From Paragordius varius (taxonomy: Eukaryota > Animalia > Nematomorpha), in the NCBI GenBank assembly GCA_964247055.1, contig OZ176052.1, positions 9,672,001 through 9,736,000 of the forward strand: a stretch of 64,000 nucleotides of DNA, read 5' to 3'. The notes beneath the pieces were generated by a model that worked only from the letters and a program-made list of their open reading frames with translations, did not search any database and had not been told where the DNA came from. Of the stretch, positions 36,901 through 50,615 are shown in pieces. Every line of letters begins with the position of its first letter. Within the stretch, counting starts at the first letter, position 1. The translations under genes and the position numbers were made by a program.

Positions 36901-39900
36901 TATTCATATTTCATGGTTTAATAAAGTAATATATTTCGGAACACATGCCCTTGTGTACAAATGATTTAGGATCAGTAGTTCCATGCCCCAGGCAACACCG
37001 CGGGAAGGTGACAATAGGACATATGCGGTTTAGTCATTTATTTTTAGTGCAAAAATTTGCAAAATTTTATGGTTAACACGCACAAAGTGTAATTACCAAT
37101 ATCTTGTTGTAGAAGATTGTACCTTAAAAACACTCAAGATCTAGATATTAATTATTATTGATAATTGGTCATACTCTACAGCATATGATATATTATATAT
37201 TAGATATTCGATCATAAAATATTATTATGTCTATAATTTTATATGACACAGAACAATTTGTTAAATAGACAATTAAACCATTCTTTCGTTTTTACCTGTA
37301 TATTAACCAATTGACCAAACTTTTGAAAGTATCCATTGAGTTGACTAATAGTGTTCATTTCGACCGGTATTTTACGGATTTCCAGCGTTTTGTTTTCTCT
37401 TTGTCCAGCATTCCGCATTCCCCGTAAATGTGATTTTCCTGTCAGACCTGCTTGAAAATTGTTATTCATGGGCCGTAATTTGATATTAACTAAACTACTA
37501 CTGGTTGCAGCGTACTTATTTTTGATTGCATTTGCTAAGATACGAGCATTGCTAAAAAACAATTGGAAATTATATTATGTTATAATTAAAAAATTTATTA
37601 ACGTCAATTTTTATATTAAGTATCATTTGTTAATGAAAAAAATACTTTGGTCCAAGATTCGATTGTTCGTAAGCGCCCAAACGTGTATAATCAAAGCCAG
37701 CTTTATCTAAAAAACAAGATGTAAGGAATATAAAAACAAACATTATAACAAAAACAAAAAAATATGCTAAAACATTATCGTTGTATGCCTTTTTAGTTCA
37801 ATAAAATAACATTTTAAAAACAAAATCTGCATTGAAATTGATATACTTTGTTGAGAAAACATAGTGTTTTCCATTTCATCATTCCCCACTAACATTGGAA
37901 AGATATTCATATCAGGGTGTTCAGGGTTATAACTTAAGGTTGATTCAATCCCATTTTCTTCCATACCATCTGCAGTCGTTATAGCTTTACTTTGATTTGA
38001 GTTATGCCCTATGTACAAAAAGCAAGTAATAGTTAGCTTATGTTAGATTAAGTTGTAAACAAAATATATTAAATTAAACACAAGGTCCCACTTTAATTAT
38101 ACCGATTTTAAAAAATATAGGGCTTATCATTCATATTGTTTTATTTGGTCAAAAAAACTCAAATATAATTAATTTAGGTTAAGTTAAAAATTTCAGCCGT
38201 TTCCTGCTAATTGACAAGGGGATTCAAAGAGGATCTAATAATATTTCCTTATTAAGATCAGTATAAATGTTGAATCGATTATCATATCTAACTCTTTGTT
38301 CCAATAAAAGGAAAAATCATATAATAAAACTGCAAAATTCCCTACTTTTTATCTTGGTCGTTATTTTGGTCGCAGAGTGGTCTCTTCGTACACTATCGTT
38401 AGTTTTATTGCCAATAGATTGGTTAGGACTCAAACTAACATTTAGTGTGGGTGTTGTATTCGTAAATATATTAGTATCAATAATTTCATTTTTAGTCTTT
38501 AACTGCTGATTATTTTCAAGCATGTAATGAGAGGGTGGTGGAATCATCAAATTACCAACAAGAGAACGTTGTTTTTGTTGTTCTTCTGCAGACATATTCA
38601 TCATGGGAGCATTTATAAAAGGTGGATGGATAGGTTGTCTAATAGCCCCTGATAACATTTCAGGGTGTTGTTGAGGACCAAACATAAAGGGAGATGGACC
38701 AAGTAACCCAGGGGTCGTATTCCTTATAATTGATCCTAAATTAGTATGGATAGAAAGGGATAGAACGTTAAATATGCAATACACAGAGAGTTAACACTGC
38801 TCAACAAGGTTTTGCACCACCCCATTATTTTTGCATTTTCTGATACCTAATGGCATGGAAAGGCCAAAACAAAAAAGAAAATTGAGGCCATCAATAGGAT
38901 TTTTCCGAAATTTAATTTTTAAATTTGTATTTGATTTAAAAATAACAATCATTCCTCGTGTACATATGTTTAAATATTTAAACGAACAAGTCGATACAAG
39001 TAATATTCCATGCATGAATAACAAAATTCTAGGCATTAAATAAGATACTAAACAAGCTAAGAGCCAAAGTATTAAAAATCTAAAAGGGGCTTATGTATAG
39101 TGTGATAGATCCGGGCGGCTGCACAAGCTCTGCATATACCCCAAGCGATCCAATTATGCCAGATATGGCAAAGATACCAATAAGTAATCGTAAAGCCCGA
39201 TAAGAGAGACTTGCAAGCAAAATCCAGGCAAATTGACATGTCAAATTAACCAATTCACAGAATAAAGTTAGATAAATTCTACAATTAAATTGAATAAAAA
39301 GATTAGGTAAATTCAAATGGTCCAATCCCATAATAGTAAATTCTACTAAAAGTGGCTACAAAACATCCATCTGAAATTAAAAATACAAAACAACCAATAA
39401 TTTTAAAAAATAAAGTATATCCACTAGTTATAAATAAAGGATTTTTTGTAAGAACCAACTCAAGAAAAAAAGCCTAATAAGTACTCGAAAGACGAAAACT
39501 AACAAAAAAAATATAGCCTATCTAAAAGCCGAAGGTTTAAACCATAGAATGCCTTTTTTAGTATTTTTTTAAAAATTTTTTATACGTATTAAAAATTCAC
39601 TTGAAAGAAAAAGACTAAATTTTGACGTTTAAGTCCGTACTATTTTTTTCTCTCTGATATTTAAATGACATATTTATATTCAAAAGATAGAGTTTAAAAC
39701 GCTTTATTGAATGATATTAAGTTTATAATATAATAACATTTTATTATAAAGTTATATTTAATTTTCTCTCGATTTTCTCTTGTTTTTGAAAAATTGAAAA
39801 ACCTATAATATTTCAAAATTCTGATTGGCGGGATCAAAAATTTTTTCACATTCGGTTTTAAAACACTGAAATTAGTCATAATTTAAAAGTTTGAGTGGTG

Positions 39901-42061
39901 GTGCTCAAAAATGTCCAAATTTGTCGACTAGTGAAAAATTATTATAAAATTTACCTGGTGGTGGAGCACCCATATGTTGTGATACCGTACCGGGCGGCCG
40001 TATCATAATTAACGGGGGTCTCATTAAAGCAGGTACAGCACCATATGTCGCTTCAATGCTTCTATTAGCATTAATTTGATTATTATTATTGGGGTTAGGG
40101 TTCAAATCACTCAGGATTACGGCATCTTTACCGTGGCTGAATGGGCATCTATCCCCTAGCATACAAAAACCTTTCTCATTATAATCCCTACATGGGGGTG
40201 GACCTGTAGATGTTAATGTTGATTGAGTAGGCAAGGGTTGTTCATTTTCATTACTAAGATTTGTTGTTTTACTTTTACTTTTGCTGTTTGTATTTTGAGG
40301 GGATGTTGAAGATTGCATGCTACAAAGTGTGGATGTCATTGTAGTGTTAGATGAGGTATGGGACAACGTCGCAATATGGCTATGTGTTGTAGCTTTAGAT
40401 GGTTTTTTCTTACTATAATCTATGAAAAAAGAGAAGGGGGTTAAATTTAAAAGAATGGTTTGAGCCTATTACCCTAAATTTTATAGAACCAAATTTATGT
40501 AATTAATAATAAATATAAACAAGATTGACGCATTGCTGAATTAGATAAAAGTAGGATTTAATATTAACAAGGCTAAATAACTCTATTTATATATGTCAAC
40601 GTAAGCTATAACTAAAACATGAGCAAAAGGGTAGAATTTTAGTACATGATGCCGGCACATTAATTATTTATATAAATTACAAAAAATGGCAAAATCCGTA
40701 CAAAATTGGATGCATAAGGGCCCTTTTTTCTATGCGTTGATTTTAAATATGAAATGACTATGATAAAAAGGTAAAGCTTTTTTAATCCAAGTAACTAATA
40801 ATTATGTTTGACATTGGAAAAAAATCCAAATCAGAAATGATTTGGTCCAATTTTAAGAAAATATTCAATACAAAACGTTATCTTTACCTCTTTCATCGAC
40901 ATAACCTTTGGAATGTGTACTTTTTGTCGTAGATTGAGGTGATAAACGTTGTCTTTTATATGCAGATTGATCCTTTTCATAACCATAATTTTTACTATAA
41001 TGTTGGTGATGGTCTCGAGATAAAACAGCTTTATGAGAGGATAAACTTTTATCACCCGATTTGGTTTGGCTTTTATCTTCTGGTCTATGGCGACTACTAG
41101 ATCGTTTCCTTATTATATTTCCTGTGGCTGTATTGGAAATTGGTTCTCCAAACAATTTAGATGGCACATTTACAGTAGCGGGACCATAACTATGATTATA
41201 TGAGGTGGCGTTGATTGGTTTAACAACCGACGATTTAACTTGTGTTGCCGGGACTCCTATTGGCGCTGTTTGATAACTGGAAGTAATTTCACCTTTATTA
41301 TTCACATTATCCATAGATGATTGATTGATGATATGTTTGCTGCTTTTGCTTTCACCCACCTGAAAAGGAAACAAATAATGATTTAATGGAGGCGACGTAC
41401 AAAATATTGGAACAAAACCGTTTTACTGTAATCCTAATTTTCAAAAAGGTAAAAATAATTTAGATCTGTTATTTTTTATTTACGTATTTACATAAATATG
41501 TAATTGCAAATAATTCATATAATAAAGATCGAGGCATACACTAGATGAATTGGATAATCTTTGGACAGTTTTTTGCTTGGTATCTCGCTTTTCAATAAAT
41601 TTTTCGCGTTCTGGTGATACTTTTCGAGTTGATTTTCTACTTGCATCTGAGGACTCACTATCGCTGTCTGTAGTTGCGGATGATACTCGGTCATACTTTT
41701 TTCTTCTCCGATCAGATGATCCGCCATCATGTTTTTTACCTTTATTTTTATCCTTTTCATCTTTTAATAAAAGCGAATAACTCTTCGTTTTAATGACTTC
41801 AAACAAAGTATTTACAAATTTATCCGTTTCTATATATTATTAAGTAAAGCATACCATCCTGCAGAAAGACATCAAGTTGCTCAACACATATTTTTTTAAG
41901 TTCATTTTCACTTTTATTATCCTTTTTAATCAAGGCCAAAACATATTTGGAAAGCGCGTCGGGATTTGCTTCACTCCTTAAAATTATTAATCAAATTTAT
42001 ACAATGTTGCCAAGACCTTGACAAGCCAAGATTGAAGTTCTGTCGGGTTCTCAATAATCAT
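33949..42061 (-). CDS. RBM26: RNA-binding protein 26/27 (PWI, CCCH zinc finger, two RRMs; Drosophila swm family)
   Basis: 15 exons, phases close: 42061-42003, 41976-41855, 41829-41540, 41359-40888, 40419-39955, 38735-38346, 38008-37847, 37706-37646, 37551-37296, 36757-36494, 36261-36173, 36082-35674, 35210-35048, 34923-34460, 34098-33949. PWI MIIENPTELQSWL...ALSKYVLALIKKD...EQLDVFLQDETDKFV; CCCH CRDYNEKGFCMLGDRCPFSHG; SYNPEHP; RRM TLEIRKIPVEMNTISQLNGYFQKFGQLVNIQV...AALVTF...FNNRFVRVFW. Confidence 0.93.
36935..37098 (-). ncRNA. HDV-like ribozyme core, probably partly decayed, sense to RBM26 intron 9
   Basis: Minus strand ACC-TTCCCGC-GGT-GTTGCCT-GG reads as P3/L3/P3'/P1'/J1-4 (37009-36988). 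P4 GAAC/GTTC is followed by CGAA (36938-36935). The P1 5' strand (TGGTAAT, 37098-37092) and P2 match only imperfectly. Confidence 0.4.
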
Positions 42062-42188
42062 GCTGGGTAAACCTTACTAACAATAACAATATGATGTAAC
42101 AAATACTTAACCATCTTACATTTACCAGTTGAATGACCAATTAATAATATAAAACATTATACATTTATTTAATATATGGATTATAAAA

Positions 42189-43901
42189 TTATACTCCACC
42201 AAAATATATGTTTTTAGAAGGTGTAGCAGAGTTTAAACTAGGGCTTTGGCTGTCTTCACTAAGTTGCATAATTTGTTTCCTTCCCATATCTGAAATGCAT
42301 AAAATTTTAGTCACTTATCTTTAAAAATTTCACTAATATATAATAAATTATATATAAAAAGCAAAACAATATATTTGTAAAATTTTAAAAGATGTGGGTT
42401 CCAAAATTATAAATTTGGAACCATTCAAAATGTGTAATATCTTTTGTAAAGAATAAAATGCTATTGGCCAACGAAAATTTGAATATAAGTTAAATTTTAA
42501 CATAAAATTATCCGGAAAAATTAAATAATTTGCTGAAGAGTCTATTCGTTAGCAAGAAGCGAGCTTTAGGGTATGTTGAAGGTTGAACACTTCATGATAT
42601 CAAATAAACACTTCTATATAATTCGGTGATGCTGAACATTTTTATCACTTTGAATTTTAATAGATTTGTTTGCCTTAAATTTTGGATTTTGTATGAAAAA
42701 TCAATTGAAAGAGATATTTAACACTTCGATTCGAATTGGGGTATCTAAATAACCCAGACTAATTTAAGTTATTTTTAAAAAAACTACTGAAAGAAACGGT
42801 CCCAATTTAAATTTATGCTTCTATCTTAATAAAAATTATATAAATATCCCAAAATATCTAAATAAAATCTGTTTTGAAAAATTCCATGTCAAACTACTTG
42901 GACGTCATTTTTATTTTACAAAATTTTTGCAAAATACCGTCTTCATTTAATTTTAAGAGTAAAATTATAGATATTTTATTTAAATTATATCTAACATTGA
43001 TAGAAATAGAAAAAGCGGTTTATTTTGCATTATTTTTCAATTCATCGCACACATGTTACGTTGACTAAATTTTTATCTTTCGGTTTTAGAAAATAAGTAA
43101 TATCAAGTATTTTGAATAAAATTTTATATATATTTCAATTTATTAATGTTATATAAGTGCAAAATTTTGCCATGATTTTGATTGCTTCCATATTTTTTAA
43201 AAATTTTTAAACAGACCTGGGGTATCCAATTACCCCAATTTTAATCGAAGGACTAAAATGAATGTGTTGTATCCAAGTTTAAATCAAACTTCAGGTAATG
43301 GAAATGTTCAGCATCATACATAAAAGATTTTTTAATATCTTTCAACAAAATTTTGCAAATAAATCTAAAAACTATGCATTTTTTAAAATATCTTGTTGAT
43401 GTTATAATAGATAGTATAGTAGAGAACAGCGGCCCTAAAATGTTTTTTGGCCCTGATTTACTAAACAAATTTGATACCTATATGGAATATAATTTGCATA
43501 TGTGTAAAAGAGATTTGAAATTTTTAATGGTATTATATAGTGTTTAGCCCTTGCGACAAGAAAATTATTTTATTGGCCATCTAGCACATATTAAAAAATT
43601 ATAGCGAAACTTCGGCATTTTTGCCTGTATTTTAAGAGAAATAGCCAGAGGGGCAAAAATTTGAGACTTTCGGAGCACACATCTAAAAATTTAAATTTTC
43701 TAAAAATATTGTTGTATTTTTTAAATATAATGTATCATATTTATAATTATATTTTTTTGGAATATAACATTTAGCTTTACTATAAAAATACTATTAACAC
43801 TCTGAGCTATTTGGCGATTTTACGATACCAGTCGTTATTACATATAAAAATAACTCTTAGTTACTCGTAATTCCCAAAACCAAAATCACCATAAACTACC
43901 T

Positions 43902-43954
<53 letters not shown>

Positions 43955-46900
43955 TATCAGGATATTTTTTCCCAATTTTGTGAGCATCGTTAAAAGATTC
44001 GTGCGTCTCTAAATTGATATCATTTTTTCCAAAAAATATCTATTTAAATATAAGTGAAACATCTCTTTTAATTAAAAATCTGAGGTAGTATAAATGAATA
44101 AGTTTTGTTATAATATCTACTAATTTTTACACACTTACCACCATGCTCTAAAATACATCGAATAAACTTTAGCAAAATTTTGCTAATAATTTACTATATA
44201 CATTTTTACAAAAACTTTTCTCATAATCTAGCTAGATTATATTGAAAATTATCGGGCAATTTAAAAAAATTTAAAAATATTGCAGCTGACAAACATAAAC
44301 TATAGAAATAACGGTTAGCTTTTTAATTATAGGTTATGATTAAAAGCTATATTTAAGTGAAGCATTTGGCTTTCAAAAAAGATACTCGTAATAATGTGGG
44401 CATAAACAATTATCATGCAAATAATTATTTTAAGAGCCAAGACCCAAAATTCAAAAACATCATTAGAATCCTCATGCGTTTATTTATCATAAAATATGTT
44501 TTTCATCAAAATATTTATGTGTGAATGCGATATTTCGATTGGAGCCACCACCGCAAAAGAACAAATAATTTTATTAAATGATTCTTATAAACAGAAAAAC
44601 CAAAAACACAATGAGAATATACATTTCATCAAATAGATTTTGATGTTCATTATGTTGTAATCAAAAGCATTAGATTGTTTATTTTAATAACTTATGTTTG
44701 CCAGTCCAATGATTTATCCATAAAACAGTGATAGCCAAAAGTTTGAGATGCTGATTTTTTAATTTTTCATGTTTGTTAATGAATGCGCCAAAGTTTATAG
44801 AATTCATATTTTTTTAATTTGGTATAAGATCATATTTACTTTTACTTATATTTTAACTCGCTGTATAAAACTCCCCAACTAATATGGTGTTAATATTATA
44901 TCCATCCTGTTTAAAACTAACACTCTAACCAAACTTTGCCAAAACTTGTTTACTAAAATAAAGAATGGGTTTTTTAAAATTTGCGGAATCTCGGCTTGTT
45001 TTTGCGATAATTTTAGGGACAAATGATCCTTATATCGGTTTAAAACATGCAAAATTTTGGAATTTTTTCTTTTTTAAATATTTTAATTTTAAAGCTTTTA
45101 TCACTACAAAAATATAACTTAAGGCCATTTTTATTTATTAATTAATAAGGCTTAAGTGACTCTAAACACAAAAGCATTTAGAAGTCCCTTTCTATTATTT
45201 AAATAAATAAACTGATTAAGATATGAAAAAGAGATATTATGGATATTATATGGAGGAGCTCACTTTTTAAGGGAAAACGCAGCTAATAATTTTTAGAAAC
45301 TTGTGCTAATAAATATATTTTAGAACTTCTCTCGAAACTTTGCCATCAAAAAATTGATTTTGAATAAACCAAATTTTACCTGTATTCTCAGTTATGACGA
45401 CTGGCCGATCAATCATAGGACCAAGGCTTGGATGTGTTAATTCTTCGGAAATTATCAACTTTTTTGCGGTTTCCATCAAATTAAAAGTTTCTGGTGCTAC
45501 TATTGGGTCTAAAATAGATTCTCGCTTTAGATTTTGGCTCATTTCTGAATTAGTGCGTATACTTGGTGGCAAATTTGTGTTGGTTGCATAATCTGTCAGT
45601 TATAAAAACCATATTTAATTTTATAATTCGTTCAACAAGATAAGCAGATCAATATGCTATTTTTTTTTTCTTAAACTTTGATAAAAAAAAAGTACTCAAA
45701 TATCAAGCCTGTTTTATAAAATTTATCAAACTTGATATCTCTTATTATTTTTAATAAATCAATCACAGCATCGTGATAATATCAATGGTTAAAATTTTAT
45801 ATTGATATGACGACAATTTTGTCACAAAAAATGGGGTAATTAAAATACAGAAACGATAGAAACGATTCTGTTATACGGAATTTCTACAAAATATTTAGAC
45901 ATAAACATATTTTTTTAGGAACGAGCATTTACCAATTTTATTCGATTTTTCTGTCGTTACAACAACTGATTGATCTAACATTGGCGCCATGGCTACATTG
46001 GCACTCTCAGGGGATACAGCTAGCTTTTTTGTTAATGCAATCATATCAAAAGCCTCAGGAGCTACTACTGGATCTAATATAGATTCTCTTTGTGCATTCG
46101 ATACGGTACTTGTTGTACTCTCAGTTGGCAAATGATTATCAGATTTGATAGGTGTTTGAGCGAAATTAGTCTTTGAAACACCCAAATCTAATTTATTGCA
46201 AAAAAAGAGGTGTTAAAAATTGCAAATAATATTTTTATAATTTGGTTAAATGTTTAATACTAATACATGGAATCCATAGCAATCGCTTAATAAGAGAACA
46301 GAAAAATATTTATTAAGCAAACTTGGTCGGCTCTTTAAATTGGCATTATAAATACAGACTGAAGTAAAAACAACTAAATTAAGTATGTTTGCCTTTACAA
46401 TTCGGAGGTCCTTGCAAACTTAACTGATACATCGGATTTATCGCTGATAATTTGGCGTTTATAGCTGGAACCAATAAAAGCTCTAAAAATGAATAAGGTA
46501 CATGTTTCATATTTTTTTCTAAAAAAACATTGTGAGGAAAGTTTGGGGGAAAAGCGAATTGAATGCCTTCAGTGTCTAAGCCTTCTTCGCGTAACAAATC
46601 ACGCAAGTCATATACATTAACTGTAGAGTCAACCATTATTGATTTGTAATGATTGAAAATTATGTTACCATAATAATACGAAAATGATTATTGCAAACAA
46701 TCGCGTCTACATACCATTAATTTATAAGAAAAATTTTTTTTGAAAAAAAAACCTTGATATTTTGACCGTTGATAATTTATTTGTGGTGATATTGATTTAT
46801 CTACCAAAAACCCATTTAGCAATTCACTTGTTCTAAAGGGCGGCATATGGGGCTAAATAATATACATTTTATATACAAAACAAAATTTAAAAACAAACTA

Positions 46901-47034
46901 TACAAATGATTATTATAAAACCAAACTTCATAAGAATGTATATTAAATTTAGGAATATCAAATTTTGTAATAAAATTAACCTCATTATAAGATGATATCA
47001 TTCTTTGATACGATTCATTTTGGTTAAAGTTCAT
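42189..47034 (-). CDS. Orphan hypothetical protein with two paralogous exon modules
   Basis: Phase-consistent exons 47034-46927, 46852-46753, 46706-46680, 46620-46399, 46373-46323, 46187-45933, 45592-45380, 42289-42189. The small 5' exons are less certain. Exons 6 and 7 both encode RESILDP(V/I)VAPE.F. Confidence 0.65.
42627..43316. mobile_element. Outer TIR element containing MITE family 2 copy 2
   Basis: Perfect 15-bp inverted repeat tgatgctgaacattt (42627-42641) / aaatgttcagcatca (43302-43316). The same motif occurs near 5955 and 6403. Confidence 0.55.
42721..43254. mobile_element. MITE family 2, copy 2 (intact; empty site of the 2783-5507 Helitron)
   Basis: TIRs acacttcgattcgaattggggtatc / ggggtatccaattaccccaattttaatcgaaggact. 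Collinear with 2388-2782 plus 5508-5610. Confidence 0.85.
43905..43952. repeat. (AT)n microsatellite inside a dispersed repeat copy
   Basis: Directly visible. Confidence 0.95.
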
Positions 47035-47777
47035 TTTGGTGATTCAAATGGTTGTTTTAACAATCATTATGATAAAAATAAATTAATTAATATTTATATA
47101 ATAATAAGACATAATTACTCCTTGGATAAAATAGAATTTATACAACAATTTAGCGCCTAGAAAAGGGCAGGAAACATCCGTCATCTTAAAAAATGAAAGT
47201 CGAATATCATTTTAGGGCATTTTTACAATGATTTTTAAAATGAGGACAAATCAGAAACTTTAAATCATGGATACTCACCGCGACCGAATTAATTACTAAA
47301 TTAATTTTTTTGATTGCTTAGAGAAATAATAATTCAATGGTAATTTTCAATTATGAAATATTTTATGAGACGGGCTTTTTTCTGTAAAACTTTTGTTTCG
47401 GTTTTGATCACACGCACCTTGTTGAATAATTTATCGATCATAGTGATTCCAATATAAAAAAATATATAAAGAAAATAGTAAAAGATAAAAAAATATTAAG
47501 CATTTACAAGATGTGCCAAATAGATATATGCAGTTTTGCTTATATTTTTTTCTCATATTAGAGCAAGACGCCATAATTAAAATAAAATATGTTAAATGAT
47601 ATAGGGATATGACGTAGCCTGTGATTTGTCAAAAATTTATTGGTTTATATTAAATTATGTTCATTATGTAGAAGATGTTATTATCAAATTATTTGTGTAA
47701 GACCCACAAAAATTCTTGGTTTATGATTCAATTTTAGAGTATCCGAATATGTTGCCTCTGTAATATTTGTCGTATTA

Positions 47778-48011
47778 TACAGTGGCCCTTGTGAACAAAA
47801 AAACATTATATACAGCACATGAGTATTTTTTGGTGAGTACCACTGCTATGCGGAATTCAAACTTGGTCCAAAAAATAAACTCTAAGACCGCCCGTAATTG
47901 AATCGATTTAAGACGTTCACTTATTCTTAAACTGCCAAATTATGAGGCCCGATGTATTAATCCCATTTTGGAACATCTGCACATAAACGTACAAATAGCA
48001 GGCCAACTGTG
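47778..48011. mobile_element. Possible Tc1/mariner-type MITE
   Basis: ta-cagtggcc at the left and ggccaactg at the right. Short and imperfect. Confidence 0.3.
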
Positions 48012-48423
48012 TATTTTGCCCGAATAAAATGCAACGAAATATTAAAAAATGAGGTTATTTATAAAAGCATTTTATTTTTAAAATAGACAAAGGAATGTTC
48101 CTGGTATCACAAGTTTAATTCATATATTTATTTCTCGATACTTTTACCGAATTCGACTATTATTCAGATAAGTTTATTATAATATATACATATATATATA
48201 TATATCCCTTGATGATTAAGGGTTTTAGGGCCAAAACCCATATTTAACGGATTTTAATAATTTAAACATTCTTTTTTACCTTATTATATAAAAAATAACT
48301 TACCTATACCTGTTATTTAATTGTTGACACTTGAAACCATTGTCCATTCTATTAATAAACAAATGTCCATGATAATGATAAATGTAAAAAGTGCAATATT
48401 GTCTTTTTTTTAAAAAAAACTAG

Positions 48424-49844
48424 ATGATTTTTTTATCTAGAAGCAGTTATTTTTTATTTTTAATAATTACTGCGATTGCTAATGTTCAATCCCAATATTC
48501 CTTGGCTAATTGGAGTCCCAATACTATCAAAAACAACTACAATGATTTTCCTGTTGTAATCACTAAATTGTCAGCCCGGATAGGAAATATAAGTTTTGGA
48601 CAAACTTTCCGAAAAACAGAGTGCCAAGTATCAGGAATATATCAATTTATAATCCAAGAAATGCAAAATCGTATTAATGGTTTGTCACAAAAATTGACAT
48701 ACCTCAACAGCAAATTATTGGAAAAAATAAAGGATGGTACAATACGGACCAACCAACGACATAGTGTAAATGTCCACACGGGTATGATATAATTTACATA
48801 TAAGATAAATTTAACAGTACATGCTCGCTCAATTTTGTTTTTACTTTTTTTCTACCTCAGATTATATTTTTTCCCGAGTAAACTTTTTAATAAATTATCG
48901 ATGTAATACAATATTTTTTATACGGGTATAAAATAATTTTTGGTTAAATATGACTTTTTGCAATTTGTGTGATTCCGTGTTTTTAAGAGATTAGGTTCAC
49001 ATTTTTGTGTTCTAACAAAAAAAAATTAATAAAAATCATTTTCTCCTAATTAATTTCTGTGTCTTTATAATCTTAATTTTTACTGTATGTCAACTGTTTA
49101 GATAATAACCTGACAACAATTATAAGGAGCACAACTACTCCTTCAGAAACCACTACTCAAACTATTTCAACAACTGCGGCAGATGCAAATTCAAATTATT
49201 TCCAAAAATTTTGCAATAAAGTCGACGTACCAATAAAGATTAAGTATCATGACACACCAATGACTATTACAAAGGATAAAAATGTCCTATATGCTCGATT
49301 CGGTAAAGATAAGCAACAAAAGAACTGGAAATATCTGAATGGCATAGAAAATAATATAAATATCACAATTTTAACGGAACACGATTTAAGCTTAATACGA
49401 TTCCTGATAAAAAGATTGTATGACAAAAACGATGTGAAACAACTTAGTCCTATACTTAACGTTAAAAGTGACATCAATTTAGCCCTTCAAAATCGACAAA
49501 GTAGGAACCCATCCACCATAATTGTTCGGTCCTTAGATTCAATTGACAGTTTAGGTAAAGATGTAACTTTATGCCTGGACCTTTCAGTAAACTCAGATTT
49601 AACCCGTATCTCTTTAACGAGAGATAAAAAACGCATAAAATGTTTCGGTTCACCAAGAGGAAATAATTGTGGGAAATGTAATTTGCCCGATGTAAATCGA
49701 GAATCCACCGAATTCCTTTTACACAAAATTTATTTGCAACCGGCGGGAAAAGGTTCACAATTTCCTGACAACCAAATACGAAGGAATCAATATATTTTAA
49801 AGGGTTCTTACTATTATGTGTATGTTAAAGTTGCAACATGTTGA
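48424..49844 (+). CDS. Orphan secreted protein, 366 aa (signal peptide, coiled coil, Thr-rich linker, Cys-containing globular domain)
   Basis: Exons 48424-48781 and 49102-49844 (phase 1, 1101 nt). N-terminus MIFLSRSSYFLFLIITAIANVQS-Q is hydrophobic and ends like a signal-peptidase site. It is followed by QEMQNRINGLSQKLTYLNSKLLEKIK, a STTPSETTTQTISTT linker and a KCFGSPRGNNCGKC region. Confidence 0.8.
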
Positions 49845-50615
49845 GACATTTTTTAATCATGCTAAATACGTAAAATTATATGAAGTAAATAAATTTATTT
49901 TTTGCACAATTTTTTTCGCAAAGAATTTAGAGCTCGTTGTCTGAGGATCTCTTCATCGTCTTCTGATATCACATGGTCCATACTTTTATCACTGATAGGG
50001 CTATACGATAAATCTTGATTTGGCTTGTGAGTTTGTAATAGTAAATCTTCAATAGATGGATAAATGTGTTTTCCTGCATTAAATATAAAAATTTTACAAA
50101 AAAATGGATAAATAAAATTTTTATTTTTTAATATTACAGTACTAAAAAATATTTAAATTATTTATAATATAAAGTACGCCATATCTGGCTTACCACCGAT
50201 TACATTGTTGTGAAATTTTTTTATATAAATAAAAATTTTACTACTTCTTAATATAAATAAAAAAAATTATGTAAAACAAAATGATTACCGTTATAAAAAA
50301 TAAATATTCCTACAAAAATATCTGAATTATTTTAATAAAATAAACTCTACAGAAAAATTATATATTTTTATTTTTTTATGCGGACATATAAATCAGAGAT
50401 CTGCAAAATAGTTTTCGGTTAAAATGATATTTGTAAATGGTTTAACAAATATTGTGCGATAAGCAATACATTAATCAAAAAGATTTTAATCAAATCGAAT
50501 AAAATTTTTCGAGTATTTATCGAGAGCATTTTTTAAAATTATTGTTTAAATATTTGAAAATGTTAGTAGCGTTATAATTAGGATTATGGCAAGCCAACAT
50601 ATAATAAACTTAAAA

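Noticed and set aside
38791-39331. Hydrophobic ORF (39080-39331, minus) nested in an RBM26 intron
   Set aside because: Its phase is incompatible with the RBM26 exons and it has no good start. The plus strand shows LINE-like remnants (KILGIK*DTK), so it is more likely the antisense shadow of a decayed retroelement.
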